Virus record (IMG/VR): IMGVR_UViG_3300020454_001183
Location: 2,683 to 66,682 of that record
From: a virus
Strand: one strand, 5' to 3'
Length of the DNA stretch: 64,000 nucleotides
The position numbers were made by a program, and so were the translations under genes. Below, piece after piece: positions 28,470-37,495 of the stretch. The notes beneath the pieces were generated by a model that was given only the letters and a program-made list of their open reading frames with translations, searched no databases and was not told where the DNA came from. Numbering within the stretch: the stretch's first letter is position 1; each line of letters begins with the position of its first letter.

Positions 28470-29096
28470 TTAAAAAAGAGTTTTCTCTCTCTTTATTTGA
28501 CATTGGATTTCATATTCACTCCAATGTTTTGTCGGAACTGAATTAGGAAAATAAAAACATTCTTTTCTTCCATTAGGAAATGTTATATACTTCCAATATC
28601 CATTTGGTACATGCCCACCAGTTTCTAAAACTAAATGATTCTGTTCAAAATGTAAAACCACTCTTACTTTTAAAGTACCATATTTTTTAGCCCATGCTCT
28701 TTCTTGAGCTTCTAACTCTCTCCATGCTCCTCTATTTAGTTTATCAAATTGTAAAGAGCAATTTAAATAAGAGAATGTTGTTTTTAACTTTTCTTTGGTA
28801 TCTGTAAAAGCAGCGGCTGGTGCCATATGCCCTTTATCCCAAACATTATTTTTATAATCATTGTTATCTGATGTATAAACTCCTTTTGGTGTATAGAAAT
28901 CCATACTACCTCTATCAAACTTTTTAATGATATTTCTAACTTCATACTCTAACCAATTTGGTTGTTCCAATGTTTCGTTATACGAAACACTAAATACATC
29001 ATTTTCAACTCTTACATCTGTTCTATCTTGTCCAAAGCTACTTTGAAACACTCCTACGCATAATAGTAGGGATAAGCTTACAATAAATTTATTCAT
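28470..29096 (-). CDS. Sugar-nonspecific DNA/RNA endonuclease (NucA/EndoG family) with N-terminal signal peptide
   Basis: DKGHMAPAA, Q...LNRGAW..LE, VP..YWK; hydrophobic N-terminus MNKFIVSLSLLLCVGVFQSSFG/Q. Confidence 0.88.
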   Translation of the reverse strand: MNKFIVSLSLLLCVGVFQSSFGQDRTDVRVENDVFSVSYNETLEQPNWLEYEVRNIIKKFDRGSMDFYTPKGVYTSDNNDYKNNVWDKGHMAPAAAFTDTKEKLKTTFSYLNCSLQFDKLNRGAWRELEAQERAWAKKYGTLKVRVVLHFEQNHLVLETGGHVPNGYWKYITFPNGRKECFYFPNSVPTKHWSEYEIQCQIKREKTLF

Positions 29097-29107
29097 ATAT
29101 ATAAATA

Positions 29108-30364
29108 TTATAGTTTTGAGTAATCGTTACCAAATTCAACTTTAGTCGGATATCCAAAACTTTCGAGAACGGATTTCACTTCCTTAACTATATTCTTTTC
29201 CTCAGGTGAAAACTCAAAGAGAAACGAATCGTATGTATATAGAATCGGAAGAGGTAAGTCGTTTTCTTTTAATCTTTTCATAGCTTCAATGTTAAGTTCA
29301 GTTTCAGTTGCTTGTAAAAGATAATTGAAGTACTTCTGTCCTGTCGGTTGTTCAATCCAACCTATGGGTATCTTTCTACCTTTTGGTGTTTTGATATAAC
29401 CATTCTTTACTGCTTCTTCTTGCATCTTTACAATAAACCTATCAACCTTATCAAAGAATGGAATCTTTCTATCTTCCTCACTTACCCCACCATAAAGAAT
29501 TCTAAATGTTCTTCCTTTTGATTCGTCGTATTCACAATTATATTGATTAGCAAGCCATTGATGTACCGATGTTTCCGGCAAATCATATTTAATCATCTTA
29601 CCAATTAATCTAACATGATATGCATCGTAATCGAATTGTACGAATGATTTACCCTTTTGTGGAACGAATACCTCCCTACTACCATCTTTCTTATTAAGAG
29701 CACTATAATTAATCCCTAAGTGCCTATTGGAAGGTCTGCTTGTTATAGTATATGGATGGTATTCTGTAAATGTTCGAGAGAACCAAAGTGATTTCTTATT
29801 ATCTTTCCATCTATCAAGAAATTTTTCCCTATCGACTTGAATCCCCTTTCGTTCTACATCTGAAAGGATAGGAATCATAGTATCATCTATCCAACCGAAA
29901 GTAGGAGTAAGTTCTCCAAATTCATCTACAATACCCTCTAATACTTCCATAAACTTCATTATAGGAATAGATTTTCCTAAATCATCCTTTCTACCCAATC
30001 GTTTGTAAAAGTTCGTTAAAACCTCTATTTTATCACGCATTGGATATGATTTATTATGATTAAAGAAAAGAGATGTTTGTATATCCTTTTGATTTTGTAT
30101 TCCTAAATCAGTTTGAAGTAATGCTTTTTTATTCCATACCCATTTTTCTTGCTTTGATTTAGATAAGTCTATATCAATTGATTCACAATCATTATGCTTA
30201 TATGGAATAACAAAATGTATATTTTTAAATGCTACATACAAAAAAGACAAATCACAAGTCATCGGGTGCCTTTCCAAATCTTCCCAAATAGGTATAACTA
30301 TTGAGGATTCATTACCCCAATAGTCAAGAAATTGTTCTTTCTCACTATGTGATTCAACAATCAT
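29108..30364 (-). CDS. Truncated family A DNA polymerase-like protein (no recognisable exonuclease domains)
   Basis: TITSRPSN (TGRLSS-like), motif A FDYDAYHVRL, motif B SKGRTFRILYG, NYLLQ, motif C YTYDSFLF. Confidence 0.8.
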   Translation of the reverse strand: MIVESHSEKEQFLDYWGNESSIVIPIWEDLERHPMTCDLSFLYVAFKNIHFVIPYKHNDCESIDIDLSKSKQEKWVWNKKALLQTDLGIQNQKDIQTSLFFNHNKSYPMRDKIEVLTNFYKRLGRKDDLGKSIPIMKFMEVLEGIVDEFGELTPTFGWIDDTMIPILSDVERKGIQVDREKFLDRWKDNKKSLWFSRTFTEYHPYTITSRPSNRHLGINYSALNKKDGSREVFVPQKGKSFVQFDYDAYHVRLIGKMIKYDLPETSVHQWLANQYNCEYDESKGRTFRILYGGVSEEDRKIPFFDKVDRFIVKMQEEAVKNGYIKTPKGRKIPIGWIEQPTGQKYFNYLLQATETELNIEAMKRLKENDLPLPILYTYDSFLFEFSPEEKNIVKEVKSVLESFGYPTKVEFGNDYSKL

Positions 30365-30368
30365 ATTA

Positions 30369-30400
30369 CTAATATACGAAAATTATTTTAATTATCCAAA
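30369..30400 (-). promoter_or_regulatory. Bacteroidota-type -33/-7 promoter, probably giving a leaderless mRNA
   Basis: TTTG-N20-TATATTAG ends 4 nt before the PolA-like ATG; the -33 box lies in the last codons of the upstream gene. Confidence 0.78.
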
Positions 30401-30631
30401 TCTTTTATCAGAAATTTCATAATTGTAAAGTGCTCCACAATCATCATCATCATCTACAAGATTTTCTGTAACTGTTAAATAATCTGGCAATAGTTTTTTC
30501 AATCCATCTAAATTAACAGAATTCCAATATCCAAATCTTATTGTTAGTGCATTTGTATCATATCCGATTTCGAAATCAGATGAACCATACCATTTTTTAA
30601 TTTCTTTAAATTTTTTATATCCTAATCTCAT
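30392..30631 (-). CDS. Hypothetical protein
   Basis: 79-aa ORF coupled (ATGA) to the upstream gene. Confidence 0.65.
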   Translation of the reverse strand: MRLGYKKFKEIKKWYGSSDFEIGYDTNALTIRFGYWNSVNLDGLKKLLPDYLTVTENLVDDDDDCGALYNYEISDKRFG

Positions 30632-31164
30632 ATTCCGTTTGATATTGCTAATTTAACTTTATCTTCAATTCCTTTACCCATATAGGTAATATTATCTTCT
30701 AATTTTTCACCAAGCGTTACAATCTTATCATACCAATACTCAACTGAATCCCACTTAGGTTTATTCTCAATAAATATATAAGAAGGGAAATACTTTAATG
30801 GAGTTCCATTATCAGTAGTAGGTTTATCTTCTCTACTTTCGTACATATCAATCATACCATTGAAAGAACCACCTTTCAATACATACTCCCACTCTTTGAT
30901 ATTATCATAGATAATAGAATCAACAGATGAACCATCTTTGTTAGAAACATTAACTCTTACAGAAGAACCACCACTATAAACATCAGAACCAGCCCATACT
31001 TTAATATCAGGATAATATTGTTTTACATATTGTTTGATTACTGAAGCCGCTGATTTAGCGTTCATATAGATATATTTCCCACCATCATAAGAGTCATCTC
31101 TTATTTGAGCGATAGGAAGTTGGAACTCAGTTCCTTTAATTGAAAATTTAAATTTTTTACTCAT
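30628..31164 (-). CDS. LPD29 (large polyvalent protein-associated domain 29)-like protein
   Basis: A..IKQYVK..YP.IKVW....YSGGSSV.V...DG....FNGMID pattern. Confidence 0.65.
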   Translation of the reverse strand: MSKKFKFSIKGTEFQLPIAQIRDDSYDGGKYIYMNAKSAASVIKQYVKQYYPDIKVWAGSDVYSGGSSVRVNVSNKDGSSVDSIIYDNIKEWEYVLKGGSFNGMIDMYESREDKPTTDNGTPLKYFPSYIFIENKPKWDSVEYWYDKIVTLGEKLEDNITYMGKGIEDKVKLAISNGI

Positions 31165-31200
31165 AGTTTTAAGGTTTATTGTTTTAACTTATTTACATAG

Positions 31201-31232
31201 TAAATATACGAAAAATTCCTGAGAAATCCAAG
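31201..31232 (-). promoter_or_regulatory. Bacteroidota-type -33/-7 promoter
   Basis: CTTG-N20-TATATTTA; shares a 27-nt direct repeat (31189-31215 and 31598-31624) with the next promoter. Confidence 0.75.
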
Positions 31233-31248
31233 GTTTTTCGTAATTTTT

Positions 31249-31590
31249 TTACACATATGAACTCAAATCTTTGTATCCTACAAATTTATAGGGAACATCA
31301 TCTACCAAGCCATCTTTTACTGCGAATGGATAATTATCATTTAACCAATAGTTCTGAACATTATCAACTTCGGATAAAGTATCCTTATATAGTTCAGATA
31401 TATCATATCCATCACCATATTTGATACCTCCACATAAATCCATTAGTTCATTAAGGTTATCCCAATTATTTTTATTTTTATTAATAGATTTGATGATATT
31501 GTTTTTCATCATATCTGCTACCTTATCATTGTAATCGTACATATCTTTTGACCAAGGTTTTGTTACTTTAGGTTTTATTAGAACTTTCAT
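31249..31590 (-). CDS. Hypothetical protein
   Basis: 113-aa ORF with its own promoter. Confidence 0.7.
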   Translation of the reverse strand: MKVLIKPKVTKPWSKDMYDYNDKVADMMKNNIIKSINKNKNNWDNLNELMDLCGGIKYGDGYDISELYKDTLSEVDNVQNYWLNDNYPFAVKDGLVDDVPYKFVGYKDLSSYV

Positions 31591-31609
31591 ATATCAATTA
31601 TTTACATAG

Positions 31610-31641
31610 TAAATATACGAAAAAAAATTGAATTATCCAAG
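31610..31641 (-). promoter_or_regulatory. Bacteroidota-type -33/-7 promoter
   Basis: CTTG-N20-TATATTTA. Confidence 0.75.
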
Positions 31642-31658
31642 GAAAAAGTGAATTATTT

Positions 31659-32048
31659 TTAAAGTTTTTTTGAATATGTGTGGAGTGATTCATTTTGAAC
31701 TTTAACCCAATCTTCAATCTTTACCTTAATACCCAATTCATTAGCGAATAGTAATCCCTTTTCCCAAGCATTGATTTCGTTAATATATTGGTGAAACTTA
31801 AACTTTTTAGGTTCTTTATCCTCATCTATGGTTTTAAAGTAATTATCTTCATCAGTTTGAAGAACATGTCCTACTTCATGTAAAAGAGAATATAATCCGT
31901 TTTTTTCTAAATTGTGATTATGGTGAATAAATATCTTTTTATTCTTATGCCCCATAAAAGCAGTTATTTGTCCAAGTAATACATCTATTTCAAATTTCTC
32001 TTTGAGATAATCTGAAACTTTCTTAAATTGTTTAGGGTATTTTTTCAT
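31659..32048 (-). CDS. Small zincin metallopeptidase (ImmA/IrrE-like)
   Basis: LLHEVGH (HExxH) and downstream EINAW (ExxA). Confidence 0.75.
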   Translation of the reverse strand: MKKYPKQFKKVSDYLKEKFEIDVLLGQITAFMGHKNKKIFIHHNHNLEKNGLYSLLHEVGHVLQTDEDNYFKTIDEDKEPKKFKFHQYINEINAWEKGLLFANELGIKVKIEDWVKVQNESLHTYSKKL

Positions 32049-32060
32049 AACTTTCTACCC

Positions 32061-32092
32061 TAAATATAAGTAATTTCTTTTACAAATCCAAG
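32061..32092 (-). promoter_or_regulatory. Bacteroidota-type -33/-7 promoter
   Basis: CTTG-N20-TATATTTA, overlapping the end of the PhyH gene. Confidence 0.7.
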
Positions 32093-32853
32093 GAAAGTTG
32101 AGATAATTTTGCTGAACCCACATCTATTGGTTCTCTTTTCATATGATTACCTTTAGCAAAATTAGCACCTTCTTTTATATAACCTGTTAGGAATGCTCTT
32201 CTGAATCTTTGGGATTTATTTTCTTCAGAACCATGTATTACATTGGAATGAAGTAATGCAACCTGTCCTTTTCTTAAATACCCATCTATATGTGGAAAGT
32301 TATGGTCATCTGGTAATACACAAGGTTTTCCTCTTTCGTTTCTCCAATTCTTAGGATTTGAACCTGCTCTCATTTCATCTACTTCAATAGGTAATTTTCC
32401 TAATCTATGTGAACCTTCTAAATACCAAACAGAACCATTATTAGGGTCGTGATTATCTAAAGCAATTGAAACATTTATTATTTCATTTGATTTACATTGT
32501 GTATAAAATATGTTTTGATGCATATCCCTACCTAATTGACCAGGTGGTTTAAAATATGCCCAAGTTTGTACACCAAAAACTTTTCCACTCATAAGAAGTT
32601 CACAAGCTTCTACAACTTTTGGATGTTTCATTAAACCAGTAAGCTTTTTTGATTCTTTATGTGGATACATAAATGGGTCATATTCACCCCATTCACCATT
32701 TGAATCATTTTCTTGTCTTTTAACTCTGATTCGTTCTAATTCATCTCCCATAGAATCAGCTTCTGAATCTGTTAGGAGGTTTAATATAGATACTCCTTTG
32801 TATCTCCAATCAAATATTAATTGTTGTTTTTCTAAATCGGTAAGGTAACTCAT
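32080..32853 (-). CDS. PhyH-family 2OG-Fe(II) dioxygenase
   Basis: YFKPPG, MHQN (HxD position), IALD...NG...Y.EGSH, HGS..N.S.RFRR. Confidence 0.85.
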   Translation of the reverse strand: MSYLTDLEKQQLIFDWRYKGVSILNLLTDSEADSMGDELERIRVKRQENDSNGEWGEYDPFMYPHKESKKLTGLMKHPKVVEACELLMSGKVFGVQTWAYFKPPGQLGRDMHQNIFYTQCKSNEIINVSIALDNHDPNNGSVWYLEGSHRLGKLPIEVDEMRAGSNPKNWRNERGKPCVLPDDHNFPHIDGYLRKGQVALLHSNVIHGSEENKSQRFRRAFLTGYIKEGANFAKGNHMKREPIDVGSAKLSQLSLDL

Positions 32854-32880
32854 TATAACTTATTTATTTACTTATATATA

Positions 32881-33243
32881 TTACTTTTTTGAATATTCTA
32901 CTAAATTTACTAGTCTATTTTTTAATTGTGGCATTGGTTTTAACTTTTCAGAAATACTTGTCCTATTAGAGTTCTTTATTTCTTCAGTTGTACCAGTTAA
33001 TCTCCATCTAAGTGATATATTTCTATAAAGAGGATTAGTTCTAATTCTATTTAAACCACTTTGGGATATTTCAATAATAGGTGAAAAATCATCATTTACT
33101 TTTTGTGCAAAGTGTCTAACTATATATCCTCTATTAAAATCTTTTTTATCTAATTTTGGTTTATATGGTAAAGGAGTACCTATTATTCTTGAGTCTCTTT
33201 TTCCTTTTTTAGCTTTATTATATTGTTTTATTATATCTTCCAT
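32881..33243 (-). CDS. Hypothetical protein (end of baseplate operon)
   Basis: 120-aa ORF directly downstream of the baseplate genes. Confidence 0.6.
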   Translation of the reverse strand: MEDIIKQYNKAKKGKRDSRIIGTPLPYKPKLDKKDFNRGYIVRHFAQKVNDDFSPIIEISQSGLNRIRTNPLYRNISLRWRLTGTTEEIKNSNRTSISEKLKPMPQLKNRLVNLVEYSKK

Positions 33244-33245
33244 AA

Positions 33246-35615
33246 TTATTCTTCACTATCAGCACCAGCTTCAGTAGTAGCACCTGACCTATATTGACCT
33301 TCTATAGATGTTGTCCAAACCATTTGATTAACGGAATGTTCTACATTTGTAACTTGGAAAAATCCTGTTTTTGAATATACACTTGGTATTCCAATAATAT
33401 TAAAAGTATCACCATGCGTAATTCCACTATTACCATGTATTTCAAAGTTATATTTTAGCATCCCAATTAAAACACCAGCTCCCTTTGGTTTTTTATCATC
33501 ACCAGCTTTTAAGTTTGGATTATCCTCTGACATTAACCTTTTAAATAAACCTTGGTCATCATATGTTGGATAAAACAATATTTCTTGTGCACCAACAGTT
33601 TCACCCGAATCAAAGGTTCTTTGCCAAAAATTATCATCTAAGTTAAACTCACCATCTTTACGAAGTGGATAACATCCGACTTTATTTAAAAATGAATTAT
33701 AAATAGCTGCTATTACATCTTCTTCATCTGCAACTTCTTTTTGTGTTGCTATTTTATTAGTACCTGTTTTCTTTTCTTTATCTTCCTTTTTGACTCTAGC
33801 TTCTTCATTTAGTGTATCCAATACACTATCTCTTATTTCTTCTTTATTTATTGGGAATCCACCTGCATCAGCTCCTTCGGGTGATACATCAACACTTCCA
33901 CCACCATCTAATTTTTTTCTATCAGCTATAATTGAATTCATCATTTCACCAGGTAAATCAATATCTAATGTTCCATTTAAAAAAAATGAACCTTCACCAT
34001 TATGTACTAATTTTTTAGATGATAATTTTTTTTCAGTTGTACAATTCATCTCAACTATTTGTGAAATATTCTCACCTTTTTTTAAACCATATTTTGTTGC
34101 CATAGCTTGAGAGCATGCTTTTTCTACTATTTGAAATTCCCATATTGAATTAACTGCAGTTGATAATCCATTACACAATTCTAAGATAGCATCAGCATAG
34201 GTTAAATTTTCGGCTTCTATTATAGATGTTGCAAAATCGAAATTAATATATAAATCATCTAAAAATCCCCAACTTCCAGCTGAACGACTTAATCCTTCAA
34301 ATCCGTTACTTTTAGGTTCATTTAATGCTTCTTGTTTTGGAAATTGAACTTTTTCACCACCTGCTGTTAATTGACTACAATCATTATTACCAATTTCAAA
34401 ACTAGCAGCTTCACCTTTTAGTGCTTTTAAAAATCCAAAATCTGGAGTATTTGGGTTTGGTATAACTAATCTATCTTTTGCAGTTGAAAAAATTCTATTA
34501 AATGCATTACATATAGTTTCATCTGTATAAATTTTTATTGGTAAGGAATTTCCACCTACTGAATTTGCGTTATCCGTTTCAATAATATCATTTGTATCAA
34601 TTATTTTTTTAAATGTACCAAATCTAATAAATCGTTCATCACCTATTAATTTAGTTCCCTTTGGTATAGCTATCCTTTCACTCTCAATATCTATTTTATT
34701 CTGACCACTATCCTGTCCTTCAGTTTCATCAGCTATAGATTGTTTTGTTTTTTCATTAAAATTGATAAAGTTTTCTTCTTTACCCAATTCATCAATTAAT
34801 TTTTTTACAGATGCTATTTGTTTATGGCTCGGCAATTCATTAAACATATACTTAAAGTTTTTCTTACCAATATCTTCTTCCTTTAAAATATCTGTAGGAC
34901 TATATGTTAAACTTGTTTGTGATTCTGTTTTATTATTTCCATCATTATCATCTTCCACATGCTTATGTATTTTTAGTGTTGATGGTATTTCACCTAAACC
35001 TTTAAGGGTTATATCTAATTTATACTTATCACCATCACTACCAACTTTAAAACCAGTTATAAATCCAAAGAAATTAGCATAATCACCTTTTGAGTTTTTT
35101 CGTTTCTTTAAAACATTAGAAAAATTATTTAATCCGGCAATTGATGGTGCATTTAAAGGAACTTTTTCATTGTGAGCTCGTTCTAAATCCCAACCAAATT
35201 CTACTAAAGCAGTAAAACCAGGTTGACCAAAATACAGTTGTAAAACATCTACTTGACCAGGTGTAAAAGCGGTTATTGAAAAATTACATTCTCTTGTAAT
35301 TCCCATTGTACCATTTTTTACACTTAACCCTTCAATGATAGGTGAAGGTCTTAATCCTCTATCATCACCAGTAACTTTTACAAATTCACCATCCCAATTC
35401 TTTCCAACAATACCAGGTAATGATGCATTACCATAAACACTACTTTCTCCCACAATTGGAACATCTGGATTACTTTGAAGTACTAATCCAGCACCAGCAT
35501 TACCTGTTACTCTAATCCATGAATTTAATCGTGAAGTATAAATCTGATTTTTTTTAAGATTCAGATTATCTATTACATATTGTTGTATGGGTCTATATCT
35601 TGGAAACTCACTCAT
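33246..35615 (-). CDS. Baseplate hub-like protein (gp27/gpD-like)
   Basis: C-terminal G.SGI..GDTF.I...P.....FQVTNVEHSV....WTTSIEG hub-type beta barrel; position after the TMP. Confidence 0.6.
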   Translation of the reverse strand: MSEFPRYRPIQQYVIDNLNLKKNQIYTSRLNSWIRVTGNAGAGLVLQSNPDVPIVGESSVYGNASLPGIVGKNWDGEFVKVTGDDRGLRPSPIIEGLSVKNGTMGITRECNFSITAFTPGQVDVLQLYFGQPGFTALVEFGWDLERAHNEKVPLNAPSIAGLNNFSNVLKKRKNSKGDYANFFGFITGFKVGSDGDKYKLDITLKGLGEIPSTLKIHKHVEDDNDGNNKTESQTSLTYSPTDILKEEDIGKKNFKYMFNELPSHKQIASVKKLIDELGKEENFINFNEKTKQSIADETEGQDSGQNKIDIESERIAIPKGTKLIGDERFIRFGTFKKIIDTNDIIETDNANSVGGNSLPIKIYTDETICNAFNRIFSTAKDRLVIPNPNTPDFGFLKALKGEAASFEIGNNDCSQLTAGGEKVQFPKQEALNEPKSNGFEGLSRSAGSWGFLDDLYINFDFATSIIEAENLTYADAILELCNGLSTAVNSIWEFQIVEKACSQAMATKYGLKKGENISQIVEMNCTTEKKLSSKKLVHNGEGSFFLNGTLDIDLPGEMMNSIIADRKKLDGGGSVDVSPEGADAGGFPINKEEIRDSVLDTLNEEARVKKEDKEKKTGTNKIATQKEVADEEDVIAAIYNSFLNKVGCYPLRKDGEFNLDDNFWQRTFDSGETVGAQEILFYPTYDDQGLFKRLMSEDNPNLKAGDDKKPKGAGVLIGMLKYNFEIHGNSGITHGDTFNIIGIPSVYSKTGFFQVTNVEHSVNQMVWTTSIEGQYRSGATTEAGADSEE

Positions 35616-35904
35616 TGGTCTCTATTCTTATTATCTCCGTATGGTCTTTGGGGATTCTAAGAATTGTACCATCTTCTAATCCCAACTTACCATCATGTAT
35701 GTTATTAGCATTAGCAATAATCCACCAATAAGCTGGCGAACCATAGTATTGGTTGGCAAGTAAATCTAATCTATCACCAGTTTGAGTTGCAACATATATA
35801 TCATCATTTTTTAAAGGTATTTTTTTTAACCTTTTAGTTTTATATACAGTTGTACCCTCTCCTGTTTTTTTCTTTTCGTTATTTAAATATCTACTTACAG
35901 CCAT
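35608..35904 (-). CDS. LysM-like baseplate protein (tail X / gp53-like)
   Basis: GDRLDLLANQYYG...WWIIA.AN.......GTILRIP. Confidence 0.85.
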   Translation of the reverse strand: MAVSRYLNNEKKKTGEGTTVYKTKRLKKIPLKNDDIYVATQTGDRLDLLANQYYGSPAYWWIIANANNIHDGKLGLEDGTILRIPKDHTEIIRIETNE

Positions 35905-35905
35905 C

Positions 35906-37492
35906 TTAATATGTTATTGATTTAAAACTATATAACTTTGTTCTATCTTCTGTATTATTTCTTTGTTCTAAGAACTTCAATGATATCGCAACTTCTACTA
36001 AATGAGGTAATTTATATCCTTTATCTACATCTACTTTTGTACCACCATTTTCACTAAAAAATGCTTCTGAACTTTCATAATCTTTTTGTTTTCCATCTAA
36101 CTGCCAATTTGAATTATCAGGTATTGTATATTGTAGTGAATCTATAAAAGAAACCCTATCTTTATATAAATCACCCATAGTAAAATATACGATTGGTGCT
36201 CTTACTGAACCAATATCTCCACTCTGATATCCCAATGGATATGCTAACGATGTTAAAAATTCTATTTTAGTCCAATTGTTTGCTAACTCAGCTGAGTTCA
36301 TTGGATAAATTGTAAAGTTAAAAGTTACACTTCGTTCAATACCCGTATAAGTGTAAAAATTAAATGGATTACCAGCAAACTTAGCTGAATCCCAAGTTGG
36401 TGATACAGTTTCAGAAAGTCCAGTTATTGTTCCTCTAAAGTGTACAGTTTCACCCGTTACTATGTTTCTAAAATAAAGTGGTATAAAATCTTTAGTATCT
36501 AATTCATGCTTTATAGCTGTTTCTTTATCAGTACCACCTTTGTAAATACCACTTTGATTTATTACATCATCTGTATTTGAGAATCCTTTAGCTACTGATA
36601 ATTCATCCTTAGCATCTCTTATTCTTTCATCTCTATCTTTTACTATATCTACTGTTAAATCTTCTTTACTAGTGACATTTCTCTCAACTTTATTTGTTAT
36701 TTTTAGTTTATTGTTAAATCCAACTTTTAAAGCTGCTACTCTATCACCTAAACTTGCATATTTTGATAAATTAGTTTCTTCTGAACCATCACCTGTTAAG
36801 CCATCTGAGTTTTCATCATTTACTTGTGTATAACTTCCAATACCAGGATTATAAGTCTTTGTAAATTCTGAATCAGGATTATTTGTTCCCATCCCAGCAG
36901 GCGAACCAAATAAAGCTCCTCTTATTTCACTTTTTACTTTATCTAATACTTTACCAGCTGCTTGTTGAGCTGCTGTTCTTGGATTTCCTGTAGGTAAACC
37001 TGATTGTAATAATCCACTACCACCTAAATCACCTTTTAAATCAGAAAGTGCTTTAGGATATCCTAATTGTATATTATCAATTGATTTAAGTTCTTCTAAA
37101 ATAGATGATGGGTTGGTATCACCTGGTGGTTTACCAACAATCTTCGATAAATTTTGTCCTACTTTAGATTCTTTAAATTTATTAAACTTATCTTTTACTT
37201 TTCCAGCAAACTTAGATTTCCCTAAACTTTTTATTCCTTTTTGAATTGCACCATCTGTTGCATCAGTACCACCATCAGCTCCCACATTACGAAGTTCAAT
37301 CATCTTATCTTTCATCTTCGTACTACGATTAGCTATTCTGAAAGTATCCGTCCCATAAATAAGTGGATTGTTTATTTCTACCGCAGATTTAATTCTAATA
37401 CCAGTAACTTCTTGTTCAACGCCAGTTAACCTATCTGGTTTAACTTGTCCACTTAAAGTACTATTCTGAAATAATTCTAATATTGTTGGCAT
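35906..37492 (-). CDS. Tail-tube initiator / baseplate protein (gp48/gp54-like C-terminal domain)
   Basis: FRG.ITG.SE...P.W....G.P..FY.Y.G.ERS..FNF...AP.V..T.GDLY; directly after the TMP. Confidence 0.65.
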   Translation of the reverse strand: MPTILELFQNSTLSGQVKPDRLTGVEQEVTGIRIKSAVEINNPLIYGTDTFRIANRSTKMKDKMIELRNVGADGGTDATDGAIQKGIKSLGKSKFAGKVKDKFNKFKESKVGQNLSKIVGKPPGDTNPSSILEELKSIDNIQLGYPKALSDLKGDLGGSGLLQSGLPTGNPRTAAQQAAGKVLDKVKSEIRGALFGSPAGMGTNNPDSEFTKTYNPGIGSYTQVNDENSDGLTGDGSEETNLSKYASLGDRVAALKVGFNNKLKITNKVERNVTSKEDLTVDIVKDRDERIRDAKDELSVAKGFSNTDDVINQSGIYKGGTDKETAIKHELDTKDFIPLYFRNIVTGETVHFRGTITGLSETVSPTWDSAKFAGNPFNFYTYTGIERSVTFNFTIYPMNSAELANNWTKIEFLTSLAYPLGYQSGDIGSVRAPIVYFTMGDLYKDRVSFIDSLQYTIPDNSNWQLDGKQKDYESSEAFFSENGGTKVDVDKGYKLPHLVEVAISLKFLEQRNNTEDRTKLYSFKSITY

Positions 37493-37495
37493 ATC

